A stretch of DNA of 37,046 nucleotides. Origin: a virus (Duplodnaviria > Heunggongvirae > Uroviricota > Caudoviricetes). The translations under genes and the position numbers were made by a program. Each line of letters opens with the position of its first letter. Positions within the stretch are counted from its first letter, which is position 1. The DNA lies in the IMG/VR virus record IMGVR_UViG_2896601577_000003; one strand, given 5' to 3'. The notes under the pieces are model-generated. The model was not told the DNA's origin, did not search any database, and saw nothing but the letters and a program-made list of their open reading frames with translations. Of the stretch, positions 18,477 to 28,623 are shown one piece after another.

Positions 18477-19008
18477 GCTTAATCGCCTGGATAAATGGTA
18501 ATAACTTCACCGTCATAAGTTGCCGCCGCTGCGAAAATATCCCCGGAATTTCCTGAATGATATTCAGCCCTGTCATGTGGCGGCTGACCGGGCGGGCATC
18601 AGCAATCAACCGCTCCATTTCCAGATACATTTCCTCCGTCACGCCACTGTCCAGCGTGCCGACTTCAACGGTAAATGTTCCCGGTTCTCCGCCGAACTCC
18701 CACCACTCAGACACGCGAATGAGGTATCCCAGCGGCTCAATGGCCCGGCGCAGTGCGCTGATGGTCCCTTTGTGTCGGTGTATCAGCCATGCATCACGAA
18801 TAACCTGTCGCTTTGTCTCTTCCGGCCAGTTGCGATCCCAGCGGTCAACGGAAAACGCCCAGGCGAGATAAGGCAGCAGATGCACCGGGCAGGTGTCCGG
18901 CGACCACAGCGTGTTGAGGTCTACCGGAATGTCTGTAATGCGTGTTCCGACGGCTTCGGCACAACGCATGAAATTGCTGGCTGATGGTGGTAACAACGAA
19001 TTACTCAT
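18451..19008 (-). CDS. I: Baseplate protein (P2 gpI-like)
   Basis: Start MSNSLLPP… at 19008 overlaps the J stop (ATGAGTAA); the ORF-track start at 19041 is an upstream in-frame extension. Position between J and H. Confidence 0.75.
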   Translation of the reverse strand: MSNSLLPPSASNFMRCAEAVGTRITDIPVDLNTLWSPDTCPVHLLPYLAWAFSVDRWDRNWPEETKRQVIRDAWLIHRHKGTISALRRAIEPLGYLIRVSEWWEFGGEPGTFTVEVGTLDSGVTEEMYLEMERLIADARPVSRHMTGLNIIQEIPGIFSQRRQLMTVKLLPFIQAIKHEYHNTKI

Positions 19009-19896
19009 TGCGTCCACCTTCGCTGATGGTGAATGACTCACAGCGCGCCGCCTGTATGTCGCTGATGGCCATATTCTGTGTGGGTTCGATTATCTCCACG
19101 CGTTGCACACCGTGCACATGCAGTGCGGCAGCAATGGCGGACAACGCCACGTCCTGACCGATAAGCCCTGCTCAGCCAGCCACTTCCTGAACGACGATTC
19201 AGCCGCGGCCAGAATAGGTTCGGATTCCGGGCCGGGGTAAAAGTACAGTTTTGCATTCAGCCGCCATGTCACGATTCTGGCACTCTGTACGGTCAGGCGG
19301 TCGGCCACCGGGCGGGTATCCTCTGCATTCAGAACGGCGCGAACGGTATTAAGCAACGCCTCCGTTGCTGTGCCGTCGCCCTCAGTGGACAGGATGGAAA
19401 CCGTCACGTTGGCCGGAGACGGGCTGATGGCCTGCGCATCGCGTACCAGACCGCTGGCGCTGCGTGCAAAATACTCGTATGCACCTGACGGGCCAGCAAC
19501 ACTCAGACCGTCATATGCCCGTTGCGCCCGTAGTCTCAGCGAGGTGTCACTTTCCATCACTGCATCGGTGGTATCCGTTGCCGGAGTGATAACCAGGCGC
19601 TTTGTGTTCATATTGCCCGCGAGGTTGTCCAGGTCTGTCCCGGCGCTGTGGCTTAGCATGCAGGCGCGTGCACCCTCATTGACCCGCTGGCGTAACAGCA
19701 TTTCACGAAACGACATGGTTTGAGCGATAACGTTAAGGGGTTCCGATTCCAGCTCCAGCGCGGCGGAAACGGCTTCACGCTGTTCGGCGGGATAGGACGC
19801 AATCATCATGGCCTTTGTGTCAGCCAGAATTGCCTCAAAGTCAGGCTCCGCGATGATGGCGGGTTCCGGTAACTGTGAAAGGTCAACGGCAGGCAT
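19001..19896 (-). CDS. J: Baseplate protein (P2 gpJ-like), one frame break near 19172
   Basis: ORF 19090..19896 (268 aa). The C-terminus …IGQDVALSAIAAALHVHGVQRVEIIEPTQNMAISDIQAARCESFTISEGGRNE* is read in a shifted frame after a G-run; stop at 19003-19001. Confidence 0.85.
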
Positions 19897-19899
19897 GAT

Positions 19900-20250
19900 T
19901 TACTCCCTCAGCGTGATGGTTAATTCAACATTCTGCATGGTCTGCATGACAGTGCCCGACAGCGTCACCCCGGCGCGGCCTCCTGCCTTCCAGACAACGT
20001 CGATAGCGTCCAGGGCAATGCGGGGTTCCCATCGTGTCAGCGCAATCACGGCAGCACTCATGCATTGCAGACGCGTGGTGTTATTCATGGGTTCGTCAAT
20101 CAAATCAGGCACAAGGCTGCCATATTCCCGTCGCATAACCCGGCTTGCCAGCGGGGTGGTCAGGATGTCCCTGACTGACTGTTTCAGGTGCTCCATATCG
20201 TTCAGGTTTCCCGTTCCGTCCGGGTTCATTCCTGTGTAGCGGGTTGTCAC
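19900..20250 (-). CDS. W: Baseplate wedge protein (P2 gpW-like)
   Basis: 116 aa, GTG start overlapping the V stop (GTGA); position and size match P2 W. Confidence 0.8.
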   Translation of the reverse strand: MTTRYTGMNPDGTGNLNDMEHLKQSVRDILTTPLASRVMRREYGSLVPDLIDEPMNNTTRLQCMSAAVIALTRWEPRIALDAIDVVWKAGGRAGVTLSGTVMQTMQNVELTITLRE

Positions 20251-20827
20251 TGCGGGCCTCCTGTCGAATCGCTGCCACCTTTAACGCCACCGTGTTTATG
20301 CGTATGCACTGTGATGCCGTTTGAGGTGAAATTGCCGCCGCTGTGCGTGATATTGCCGCTCATCTTTCCCCTTTTGTGACGTCAAGCGTCGCCGTTCTCA
20401 GAAGGTCTGTGCATTCCACGACGGGCGTATCCAGTGTCACGCTGACGGATGCCTGCAGGGTGGCTGTTTTCATGCCGCTGGCGCTCAGTGCGCCTGCGTC
20501 CGCGTCGTAGCGGAACACCGCGCCATCCGGCGCGCTGACCACGATTTCTTTCAGGCTTTTGCCGGGGGCCGGAATGGCATCACTCCACAGGCTGCCAATT
20601 ATCATGGCGGTTTCCGGGTTGCCGCCAATGCAGGCAATTACCACCTGTTCGCCTGGTGATGGCGGCAGCCACACATTGAAGGCTCCCGCGCGAGTGGTGT
20701 TCCAGCGCAGCCAACCTGTTTCCAGTTCGCCGCTGCGAACGCGCACGCGCCAGGACTTCTCATCAACTTCAGAGATGATCCCGGTGCGGATGATATTGCT
20801 CAGTAGCCGCATGAGTTCTGCGCTCAC
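20247..20827 (-). CDS. V: Baseplate spike protein (P2 gpV-like), one frame break near 20368
   Basis: ORF 20360..20827. The C-terminal ~38 codons (…MSGNITHSGGNFTSNGITVHTHKHGGVKGGSDSTGGPQ*) are read in a shifted frame after a C-run. Confidence 0.85.
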
Positions 20828-21468
20828 CGTACAGCCTCTGCAATCCGGCCCAGCACCGTGTTATAAATCGGGCGCTCATCTGCCTGGCTGATACCCAGCA
20901 GCTCACGTACCGGGTAATCGGTGAAAATGCCCGGCGCAACCTGATCGCGCTCACCGAACTGATGAACGCGTGCAATACGTGCGGCCACGCCGCTGTAACC
21001 CACCGTCACACCGGAAGCATCTGCACGGGCTTTCAGGTAGCGGGCGGTGCGCAGTTTTACGAACATGGGGACGCGCTTTGTGCTGTCCTGGTTGATGCGC
21101 CGGGTGCGTATTTCCAGAAAGCGGTCGATGTCATCCCGGTAAAACGTGCGGATGCTGTTTTTATCCTCATCCCACCCGGTGATGGTTCGCCCGTATTTCC
21201 CCGTGTCGTGATGCCAGTTTTTCAGCGTGCGTGCTTCGTTATTCCAGATAAAGCGAATGCGCTCCTGTATCCGGGTTACGTGGCGTCTGCGTGGTGTCCA
21301 TGCGGTCCCGTCCGGCGCTTTCTGTGACCGGATACGTGCCTGCTGGGCGCGGCGTAAATCCTGTGCCAGCTTTCTGGCGATGTTATTGATGGCCTGCTGA
21401 TTCAGGCTGTCGCGGATGGCTTCAAAGGTTTCATCCACGCGAGTGAATGCCTTATCCATCGCTTTCAC
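20824..21468 (-). CDS. Tail completion / virion morphogenesis protein (P2 S position)
   Basis: 214-aa ORF between R and V, overlapping both. Assigned mainly by synteny. Confidence 0.65.
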   Translation of the reverse strand: MKAMDKAFTRVDETFEAIRDSLNQQAINNIARKLAQDLRRAQQARIRSQKAPDGTAWTPRRRHVTRIQERIRFIWNNEARTLKNWHHDTGKYGRTITGWDEDKNSIRTFYRDDIDRFLEIRTRRINQDSTKRVPMFVKLRTARYLKARADASGVTVGYSGVAARIARVHQFGERDQVAPGIFTDYPVRELLGISQADERPIYNTVLGRIAEAVR

Positions 21469-21919
21469 CCCACGTCACATCCTGGAATACATGCGACCAG
21501 TCGCCTTCGGGAGATGGCAGGCGGGGTTTTGGCTCCAGCAGGTGTTCTGCCTGCGGTGTGCCCTGACTGCTGCGCGTGATGCGAACGCGTTCCCGCAGGG
21601 GGAGCGTAAACAGGAGATCGGCGCTGTCATCGTCATTGATAACGGCGGAGAATTTGATGTCCTGATTACGCTCAGGGTTGAGCAACAACTGTGGCTGATT
21701 TTCGGATAACCACGCCAGCAGCGGCAGCGTGAGGTCGTCCAGCTCCCCGGCGTAATCCATGACAAACATCACCATCTGATAGCGGTAAACAAACGATGGG
21801 GTTTCTCCGGTCGTTTCAATGTTGCCGCTCTCCACGAAAATGGTGAATTTTTCCGGGTTAGCCTGACACCATCGGCATGAACGGGTCATGGCTTCACGCA
21901 GGGAATCAGTTTTCAGCAT
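21452..21919 (-). CDS. R: Tail completion protein (P2 gpR-like)
   Basis: 155 aa, same length as P2 R, directly downstream of the lysis cassette. Confidence 0.75.
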   Translation of the reverse strand: MLKTDSLREAMTRSCRWCQANPEKFTIFVESGNIETTGETPSFVYRYQMVMFVMDYAGELDDLTLPLLAWLSENQPQLLLNPERNQDIKFSAVINDDDSADLLFTLPLRERVRITRSSQGTPQAEHLLEPKPRLPSPEGDWSHVFQDVTWGESDG

Positions 21920-22196
21920 GGTTGTTATCCTCGTTGTTCAGTCGTTGCAGCCTGCGCTGTTCCAGTAATTCAATGGCCCGTTTATCCGCGTTACAGGTTT
22001 CCAGTGCATCCAGAAGGCGGTCGCCCCATATACCGAGATTTCCCCATGTGGGAGTGTCAGGGAAGGGGGGAGGCGTTACCGGTATGGTCAGCGTCTGCGG
22101 TATAAGCCGGACTGACGGCGCTGGCAGTGGCGCGTTCTGCGTGCCTGCGCAGCCTGTCAGTAAAACGAGCGTCAGGCAAAGCGTGGGCGCATTCAT
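21906..22196 (-). CDS. lysC: Rz1-like outer-membrane lipoprotein spanin (LysC-like), overlapping the 3' end of lysB in another frame
   Basis: Start MNAPTLCLTLVLLTGCAG has a lipobox (L-T-G-C); Pro-rich mature part; 96 codons; overlapping Rz/Rz1 architecture. Confidence 0.65.
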   Translation of the reverse strand: MNAPTLCLTLVLLTGCAGTQNAPLPAPSVRLIPQTLTIPVTPPPFPDTPTWGNLGIWGDRLLDALETCNADKRAIELLEQRRLQRLNNEDNNHAEN

Positions 22197-22464
22197 CTTT
22201 TGCAATATCGTTGCGTAGCTGTTCACGTCTTACCTCTCCGTCCTGATTGCGTTGCTGATTTTCCACGCGGAGTTGCGCCAGCACCTGCTGCATATCCTGT
22301 ACCCCGGCGCTGATGATATTCAGGGTGTCGGCGGTACTTTTCAGGGTGCTGGCCTGCGCTTCGTTTCTGGCGTTCTCCCGGCCCAGCGACCACGACAGAC
22401 GCATGGATGTTCCCCATCCGGCAGTCAGAAGGAAAGCGACGCCAAGCGTGGGCCAGAGCTTCAT
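22057..22464 (-). CDS. lysB: Rz-like inner-membrane spanin (LysB-like)
   Basis: Start MKLWPTLGVAFLLTAGWG (N-terminal TM) at 22464 overlaps the endolysin stop (ATGA), followed by a coiled-coil-like region. Confidence 0.7.
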   Translation of the reverse strand: MKLWPTLGVAFLLTAGWGTSMRLSWSLGRENARNEAQASTLKSTADTLNIISAGVQDMQQVLAQLRVENQQRNQDGEVRREQLRNDIAKDECAHALPDARFTDRLRRHAERATASAVSPAYTADADHTGNASPLP

Positions 22465-22852
22465 GCCGGATAGGCTCCGTGTGGTAACTGAAAATGCGGT
22501 CCGTCTTTCAGGGTCTTCCAGTCGCCGCCCCATTCCACCGGAATATTCAGTTCCCGGCTGGCCTGTCTGAATGCTGCTGCGATTTTTTCGTACAGCGGCC
22601 ATTCCCATGACACCTGGCTGCCGATATAAGCCACAACATCCACGGCATGCCCCGTAAGGTGGCGGCTGTTCATGGTCTGGCTCTTACCCGTGGCCACCAG
22701 TTGCTTCTGGCGGTAACGGCTGCGCAACCCTTCGGTGATACCAAAATCCACTTCCGAGATTTCCAGTGCCGTCGGGTCACTTTCACCAGATCAGGATTTA
22801 CACCCTGCAAATTCTTTTCGCTCCGGCTGCTGAATTTAAATGTGTTGCTCAT
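22461..22852 (-). CDS. Endolysin, M15-family L-alanyl-D-glutamate peptidase type (T5-Lys-like); one frame break near 22770
   Basis: MSNTFKFSSRSEKNLQGVNPDLVKVT… then, after a G-run, …EVDFGITEGLRSRYRQKQL…SRHLTGHAVDVVAY…DGPHFQLP. The H-x3-G-x-A-x-D and D-x2-H motifs fit zinc M15 peptidases. Confidence 0.75.
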
Positions 22853-23172
22853 TCGTCCTTCTCCTTCACCCTGCGATTAAAGGCCGCAATAACCTTGTCG
22901 CGAGCTTTCTCTGCACCCATAAAACCGATTGATGCGCCGATAAACGTCACGGCATCTTCAGGAAACCCGAAGAAGCGCAACGACCCGGCCACGGCCATGG
23001 CAAGAACGCCGCACGCCAGCGATCCCGTTACGGTCTGAACCAGTGTTCGTCCGTCATAAAGGCTCATCAGCGCGGAAATGCTGACCGCCGCGCCTACTGC
23101 ATACACCGTTGGCAGGTGGTCAAAGAGCCACGCAATAACCTGCTCTGTGATCCCTGTTTGAATGGTGCTCAC
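22849..23172 (-). CDS. Holin (three predicted TM helices)
   Basis: GTG start; VSTIQTGITEQVIAWLFDHLPTVYAVGAAVSISALMSL…VTGSLACGVLAMAVAG…FIGASIGFMGAEK…; immediately upstream of the endolysin. Confidence 0.6.
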   Translation of the reverse strand: MSTIQTGITEQVIAWLFDHLPTVYAVGAAVSISALMSLYDGRTLVQTVTGSLACGVLAMAVAGSLRFFGFPEDAVTFIGASIGFMGAEKARDKVIAAFNRRVKEKDE

Positions 23173-23174
23173 TG

Positions 23175-23375
23175 CTACTCCCCCCACAACTGAATCATTT
23201 CTCGTTTCTTCTTCTCCGGCTCCGGCATCTCCACTTCCTGCCCGGCGTCCAGAAATACCTGCTGACAGAGTCCGGGGTTGGCATCCAGCACCTTTTCGGT
23301 GACGCCCTGCGTCGTGCCGTAGTACCGGAAACAGAGCGAATCCACGGTGTCGCCTTCCAGTGCCTTCACTTTCAT
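23175..23375 (-). CDS. X: Tail protein X (P2 gpX-like, LysM-like)
   Basis: MKVKALEGDTVDSLCFRYYGTTQGVTEKVLDANPGLCQ… resembles P2 X as recalled. Confidence 0.75.
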   Translation of the reverse strand: MKVKALEGDTVDSLCFRYYGTTQGVTEKVLDANPGLCQQVFLDAGQEVEMPEPEKKKREMIQLWGE

Positions 23376-23869
23376 CAGCACAACTCCGCAAAGATTCGCG
23401 GGCGGCACAGAATGTCAGAGATGGCCCAGCTCACATCACGCCACAAATCCGATGTCTGTATATCCAGAGCGTCTGCCCGGCGGTCGCCCTTGTCCGTAGT
23501 GTCTGCATCACGATAACGCTCCAGAATCAGGGCGCGCGTGGCGGTATAAACAGCATTGCGCCAGTGCCAGAGATTGACGCTTTCTCCGTTAATTACGGGT
23601 GCCGGAACATCGGCCAGCGTCTGATGGCCAGCTGCCTGCTGTTCCTGCTGCCATGCTTCCAGCTCGCGGGTAACGTGTGCCACAGCCCCGGTGGCAGTAT
23701 GCAGCAGGCGGGAGGTGGTCACGCGCCCCGGCAGTCGTACCGCCAGACGCAGCTCGCGCAGCACAATATCCGGCCAGAATGCACCCGCTGAAATGCGGGT
23801 ATCGCCATCATCGGTATCGGTGATGTCGTCCTCTGCGGGTCCGGGTTCAGTTCTGGCAACCATAGTCAT
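23375..23869 (-). CDS. L: Head completion protein (P2 gpL-like)
   Basis: Start MTMVARTEP…; C-terminal …LILERYRDADTTDKGDRRADALDIQTSDLWRDVSWAISDI… matches P2 L as recalled. Confidence 0.8.
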   Translation of the reverse strand: MTMVARTEPGPAEDDITDTDDGDTRISAGAFWPDIVLRELRLAVRLPGRVTTSRLLHTATGAVAHVTRELEAWQQEQQAAGHQTLADVPAPVINGESVNLWHWRNAVYTATRALILERYRDADTTDKGDRRADALDIQTSDLWRDVSWAISDILCRPRIFAELC

Positions 23870-23972
23870 GGGGTTCACTCCTGAAAAAAAATCGGGCGGT
23901 GGGTGCGCGGTGTAAACGGTCACGGAGTCAAACCGGAACACCGCGCACGCCGCCCGCTGACGGGGTCAGTCG

Positions 23973-24773
23973 TTAACCGCGCTTCGCCTTCTGCGTCGCG
24001 GTGGTTTTTCGTGTTGCAGGCTTCCGCGTTGTCTTTTTACTTTTGCTGCTTTCGTCCTGCGCCTGCTGTGCGCTGGCGTCTTCTGGTTCGGCTGCGGAAT
24101 CGGCTTTTTTCAGGGCGCGGGAAAGGGTTGCAATCTCGCGTTTCACACCTGCGTTCGGGTTCAGGTGCATTGCTTCGCGCAGCAGCTTCAGTGACAGGGC
24201 CATGCTGTCCGCATCACTCAGGCCACGGCGGGCAAAGGCGCACGCTTTGCATAATTTGGCGCGCACTTCGTCCGGCATGTCCTGGTCGGTGACAATCTCC
24301 CGGAGGGTGTCCAGTGGTTCGATAAAGGCGGACAAATCCGCGTCGGCATCCGTCCCGGCCTGCGTCAGTACCGGATTACAGATTTCTTCGGTCAGTACCG
24401 TGGCAGCAGTACGGCCAAAGTTATCCGGCATGATGAGGTTGTGACGGACTACATACGCGCCGATACGCAGCGCAAGCGGAAGATCGCCACAGTCAATCGC
24501 CCACACCATCAGCGTGGCAATCACTTCATCCTGCTGCCCGCCGTCAGCCTCCAGCGTTCCCTCAATCCAGCCGGAAAAATCCGGCAACAACTCTTTTTTG
24601 ATGGCGGCTTTCGCGCTTCTGGCCTGTACGCCCTTAAGCCGGGCCTGTGCCAGACGCAGACGATACAGCACCTCTTCATGCGCGGTACGCGCGGCGTGGT
24701 CCACGCCTTCATTCGCCCGGCCTGCGCGCTGTGCCATCACGTTCTGCCAGTGTTGTTGTGCAGGAGTAATCAT
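23973..24773 (-). CDS. M: Terminase small subunit (P2 gpM-like)
   Basis: 266 aa with a basic C-terminal tail; position between N and L. Confidence 0.8.
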   Translation of the reverse strand: MITPAQQHWQNVMAQRAGRANEGVDHAARTAHEEVLYRLRLAQARLKGVQARSAKAAIKKELLPDFSGWIEGTLEADGGQQDEVIATLMVWAIDCGDLPLALRIGAYVVRHNLIMPDNFGRTAATVLTEEICNPVLTQAGTDADADLSAFIEPLDTLREIVTDQDMPDEVRAKLCKACAFARRGLSDADSMALSLKLLREAMHLNPNAGVKREIATLSRALKKADSAAEPEDASAQQAQDESSKSKKTTRKPATRKTTATQKAKRG

Positions 24774-24818
24774 TTTTTCTCTCCGTTACAGGCGGGCATG
24801 ATGCCCGCCGTGAGTTGA

Positions 24819-25860
24819 TTAGCTGTCGGCGAACTTCAGGCCAGTAACCATCGCGCACTTGCCATAGTCTTCAACGACATAAGCGTCATTGATGGACTGG
24901 TAGGTGGCGATGCGGTTGTATTCCGGCTCGTCTTTCATCAGGCGACGCATTGAACCTTTCTGCCAGTAAATCGACAGGTTGTTGAACGAGGTGATCAGCA
25001 TCGTTGCATCCGGGAAGAACGGCGCAAGGAACACGCCCAGCCCGCCAATGGTGCGCGATGACAGGATGAGCTGCCCGGCGAGTAATTCCGCATTGGGATT
25101 CTGGCCGCTGATGCTGTTCAGCACGGGCAGACGCAGCGAGTTAAACAGGTTGCGCCCCATAATCACCACGAGGTCGTCAGCTTCCTTGTGCCATTCATCC
25201 AGCAGGGATGAACGCGCGTCCTGTACCAGTGCATCAGCGTTCGCATACTTACCCGCGTGCGCCACGGTGTTGTCCATGTTGCGGGAGGTCAGCGTCACGT
25301 CATTCATAACGCGTTCGCTGGCGTCGGTTCTGATGTGCTCCAGCCAGCCCACGTTAACGTCCTGAAGCAGCTTGTTGGTGCTGAAGTTGGACTCATCCGC
25401 GTGAGACGTGCCGTTGAAACCGATCATGATGCGGTCAAGCGCCACCTGTCGGGCAATCTGTGCGCTGATGCGGGACTGAAAATCAGGGTGTGCCGACCAG
25501 GCATCAAGCTGCGGATACGAAATAAACGTGTCGTAGTTCACCTGTTCACACTGATATTTGCGGTTTTTCAGATCAACCACGTTATTCGGGTTACGGCGTT
25601 TTGTGCCGTCATAACTGGTATTCGTGCGCGCAATCGGTCCTGTGGTATCTAGGAGGATTTTTTCACCTTTCTGGTCGGTCACGCCGATCACGTTATTTTT
25701 TTCGTAAATTCGGTACTTTCCTTTGAGGCGTTTTCAAAACGCTGCTGCACCGCGGGTTCGCGACACCAGTGCAGATACCGGGATATTATTAAGCGACGCC
25801 TGCTGCGCCATATAGCAACCCAGCTTGTTGCGGGTAATATCTGACATCACCAGATTCATA
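24819..25860 (-). CDS. N: Major capsid protein (P2 gpN-like), N-terminal frame break(s) around 25690-25760
   Basis: ORF 24819..25691 matches the P2 N C-terminal two-thirds (…IMIGFNG…LLQDVNVGWL…DALVQDA…DLVVIMGRNL…LSIYWQKGSMRR…YVVEDY…). The N-terminus MNLVMSDITRNKLGCYMAQQ… is read from 25860 in another frame. Confidence 0.85.
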
Positions 25861-25882
25861 AAAAATTTGCTCCTTTGTCTAA

Positions 25883-26752
25883 TCAGAAGTCGGCCAGCTG
25901 GTCGGAGGCTGCGCCCGTTGCGGTGAAGCGGTTCTGCGGATCGCCGTCCTGCGTGCGCAGTTTTTCCTTCAGTGCTGCCAGCTCTGTGGTCAGTGACGTA
26001 ATTTTCTGGCGGTCCTGCTGATGGCGGGTTTCCAGCACATTAAAACGGTCGATAATGTCGGCCTGTGACGTTGCGACGCCTTCCACCGCTTCCTGAATAC
26101 GGGAAAAACTGGCGTCATCCGCTTTGCGGCCACGGCCAATAATCCCCATTACGCGGTTAAACCACTGGGTGCCTTCTTCCTGGCGTTGTTCTGCCATTTC
26201 GATGATTTCAGACTCGATGGCTTCGGAGATAAGCGGCGCTTCACCCTGGATACTGTTAAACGTCATCACCGCCTGACGTTGCTGTGCCGTGAATTTCAGG
26301 CGCTCAGTGCCCAGGCTTGCCGGGGTGTCGGTCATCGCCAGCCCGACCAGATAGGCGCGCCCGTTAACGGAGAACTGCGGGTGCAGTTCGATACTGGAAT
26401 AGATTTTCTTGCCGTCCGCAACAAGCTGCTTCATGCGCTCGGTCGGTTCGATTTCTGCATACAGCGCAGTACGTCCGGCCAGCGGACCTTCCGTAATGTC
26501 TTCCGTACTCAGTGCGGTGACATCGCCCATTGCGGAAAATTCGCTTGACGGGCATGGCGAGAGATAGTGCTCAACGTTCACGCGGGCAGCGTAAACATCC
26601 GGGTTGAAGTTCTCGGCGGCTTCACGCAGATGCACCGGACTGATTTCACGGCCATCAACAGTTGATCCGGAGACAGCCACGCGAAACTTTTTGCGGGATG
26701 TCTTTTTTTCATTAGCCATAGTTTTTGCCCCTCTGACTGGTTCTTCAGTCAT
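25883..26752 (-). CDS. O: Capsid scaffolding protein (P2 gpO-like)
   Basis: 289 aa; …FRVAVSGSTVDGREISP… N-terminus and coiled-coil C-terminus; divergent from P as in P2. Confidence 0.8.
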   Translation of the reverse strand: MTEEPVRGAKTMANEKKTSRKKFRVAVSGSTVDGREISPVHLREAAENFNPDVYAARVNVEHYLSPCPSSEFSAMGDVTALSTEDITEGPLAGRTALYAEIEPTERMKQLVADGKKIYSSIELHPQFSVNGRAYLVGLAMTDTPASLGTERLKFTAQQRQAVMTFNSIQGEAPLISEAIESEIIEMAEQRQEEGTQWFNRVMGIIGRGRKADDASFSRIQEAVEGVATSQADIIDRFNVLETRHQQDRQKITSLTTELAALKEKLRTQDGDPQNRFTATGAASDQLADF

Positions 26753-26873
26753 GATGGCAAAGCGTAACAGGCTGATACAAAGGGCTTTTGTTGTAAGAAA
26801 ACGGCCAGAACAGAGGGTTAAGGAGAACAGTTTCGCGCGCGGGTAATCTTCCTGTAATTACTCAGGGGGAGCA

Positions 26874-28623
26874 ATGATTCAGGACGCTTTTGTGCGCCAG
26901 CGTGCGCGGCAACTTTACTGGCAGGGTTATCCGCCCGCAGAAATATCACGTCTGATGGGAATAAACCCGAACACGATTTATGCGTGGAAAAAACGTGACC
27001 AGTGGGATGAAACGCCACCCGGGCAGCGTGTCACGCAGTCCATCGATGCGCGCCTCATCCAGCTTACTGAAAAACAGAATAAAACAGGCGGTGACTTTAA
27101 GGAAATAGACCTGCTGACCCGGCAGCTTAAAAAGCTGCATGATGGCCAGCCGGATGTGATGGCCGCAGGAAAGAAAGGCCGGGCGAAAAAACTCAAAAAT
27201 CATTTCACGCCGGAACAGATTGCCGCACTGCGGGAAAAAATCATCAGCAGGCTGGAGTGGCATCAGCGGGGCTGGTTTGACTCCCTGACCCTTTGCAGGG
27301 AAGCCGGGATACGTAACAGGATGATCCTGAAATCCCGACAGATTGGGGCGACCTGGTATTTTGCACAGGAAGCACTGCTGATGGCGCTGCGTGACGATGT
27401 GGCGCAACCTTACCAGCGTAACCAGATTTTTTTGTCTGCGTCGCGTCGTCAGGCGTTCCAGTTTAAAAGCATTATTCAGAAGGCGCGGCTGAAGTTGATG
27501 TGGAGCTGAAAGGGGGCGATAAAATCATCCTCTCCAACGGCGCAGAGCTGCATTTTCTCGGCACTTCTGCTGCGTCGGCACAGTCCTATACGGGCAATTT
27601 TTATTTTGATGAATTTTTCTGGGTCAGTCGCTTTGCTGAACTGCGCAAGGTGGCTGGCGCTATGGCAACCCTCAGCGGACTGCGGCGCACCTACTTCTCC
27701 ACGCCATCCACCGAAACGCACGAGGCATACGCCTACTGGAACGGCGACCGCTGGAACGAGAAAAAGGCCTCGCATAAACGCCAGCGTTTTTCTGTGGACT
27801 GGAAAACGCTGCATAACGGGCTTATCTGCCCTGACCGGACGTGGCGGCAAATTGTCACGCTGGAAGATGTGGTTAATCACGGCTGGAAACACACCGATAT
27901 CGACGAAATTCGTGATGAAAACACCGAAGACGAGTTCCTCAATCTCTATATGTGCGAGTTTGTCCGCGAAGGGGAATCGGCATTTAACCTGAATATCCTG
28001 ATTGGCTGCGGCGTTGACGGATACGACGACTGGAAAGACTGGAAACCTTTTGCTCCCCGCCGATGGGGAATCGTCCGGTATGGATTGGGTATGACGCAAA
28101 CGGCAGCAGTGGCAACGGCGACAGCGGCGCTGTGTCCGTGGTGGTTCCTCCGTCTGTTCCTGGTGGCCGTTTTCGAACGGTGGAGACGCGACGCGTTCAG
28201 GGGCTGGAGTTTGAAGAACAGGCCAGAGTCATTGAAGAGTTCACGTGTCGCTACAACGTGGAACACATCGGCATTGATGTGACGGGCGGGAACGGGGAGG
28301 CTGTTTATCAGATAGTGAAACGGTTTTTCCCTGCCGCTATTCCGTACACCTTCACGCTGTCATCAAAACGGTCGCTGGTACTGAAAATGCTGCAAATAAT
28401 GCGTGCCGGGCGGTGGGAATACGATCGCGCCGAACGCGAGCTGGTCGCGGCCTTTAACGCCGTGCGTAAGGTGAAAACACCGGGCGGCTTTATCACTTAC
28501 GAAACGGACCGAGCGAGGGGGATCAGCCACGGCGACCTTGCGTGGGTAACCATGCTTGCTGTCATTAACGAACCGATTGGCGGCGAAGGAGAAAACGAGC
28601 GTTTCACGGTTATGGAGTTCTGA
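26874..28623 (+). CDS. P: Terminase large subunit (P2 gpP-like), split into three overlapping ORFs by two frame breaks
   Basis: ORFs 26874..27509, 27500..28282 and 28063..28623 together give ~583 aa with terminase features. Breaks lie near 27500 and between about 28070 and 28280. Confidence 0.85.
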
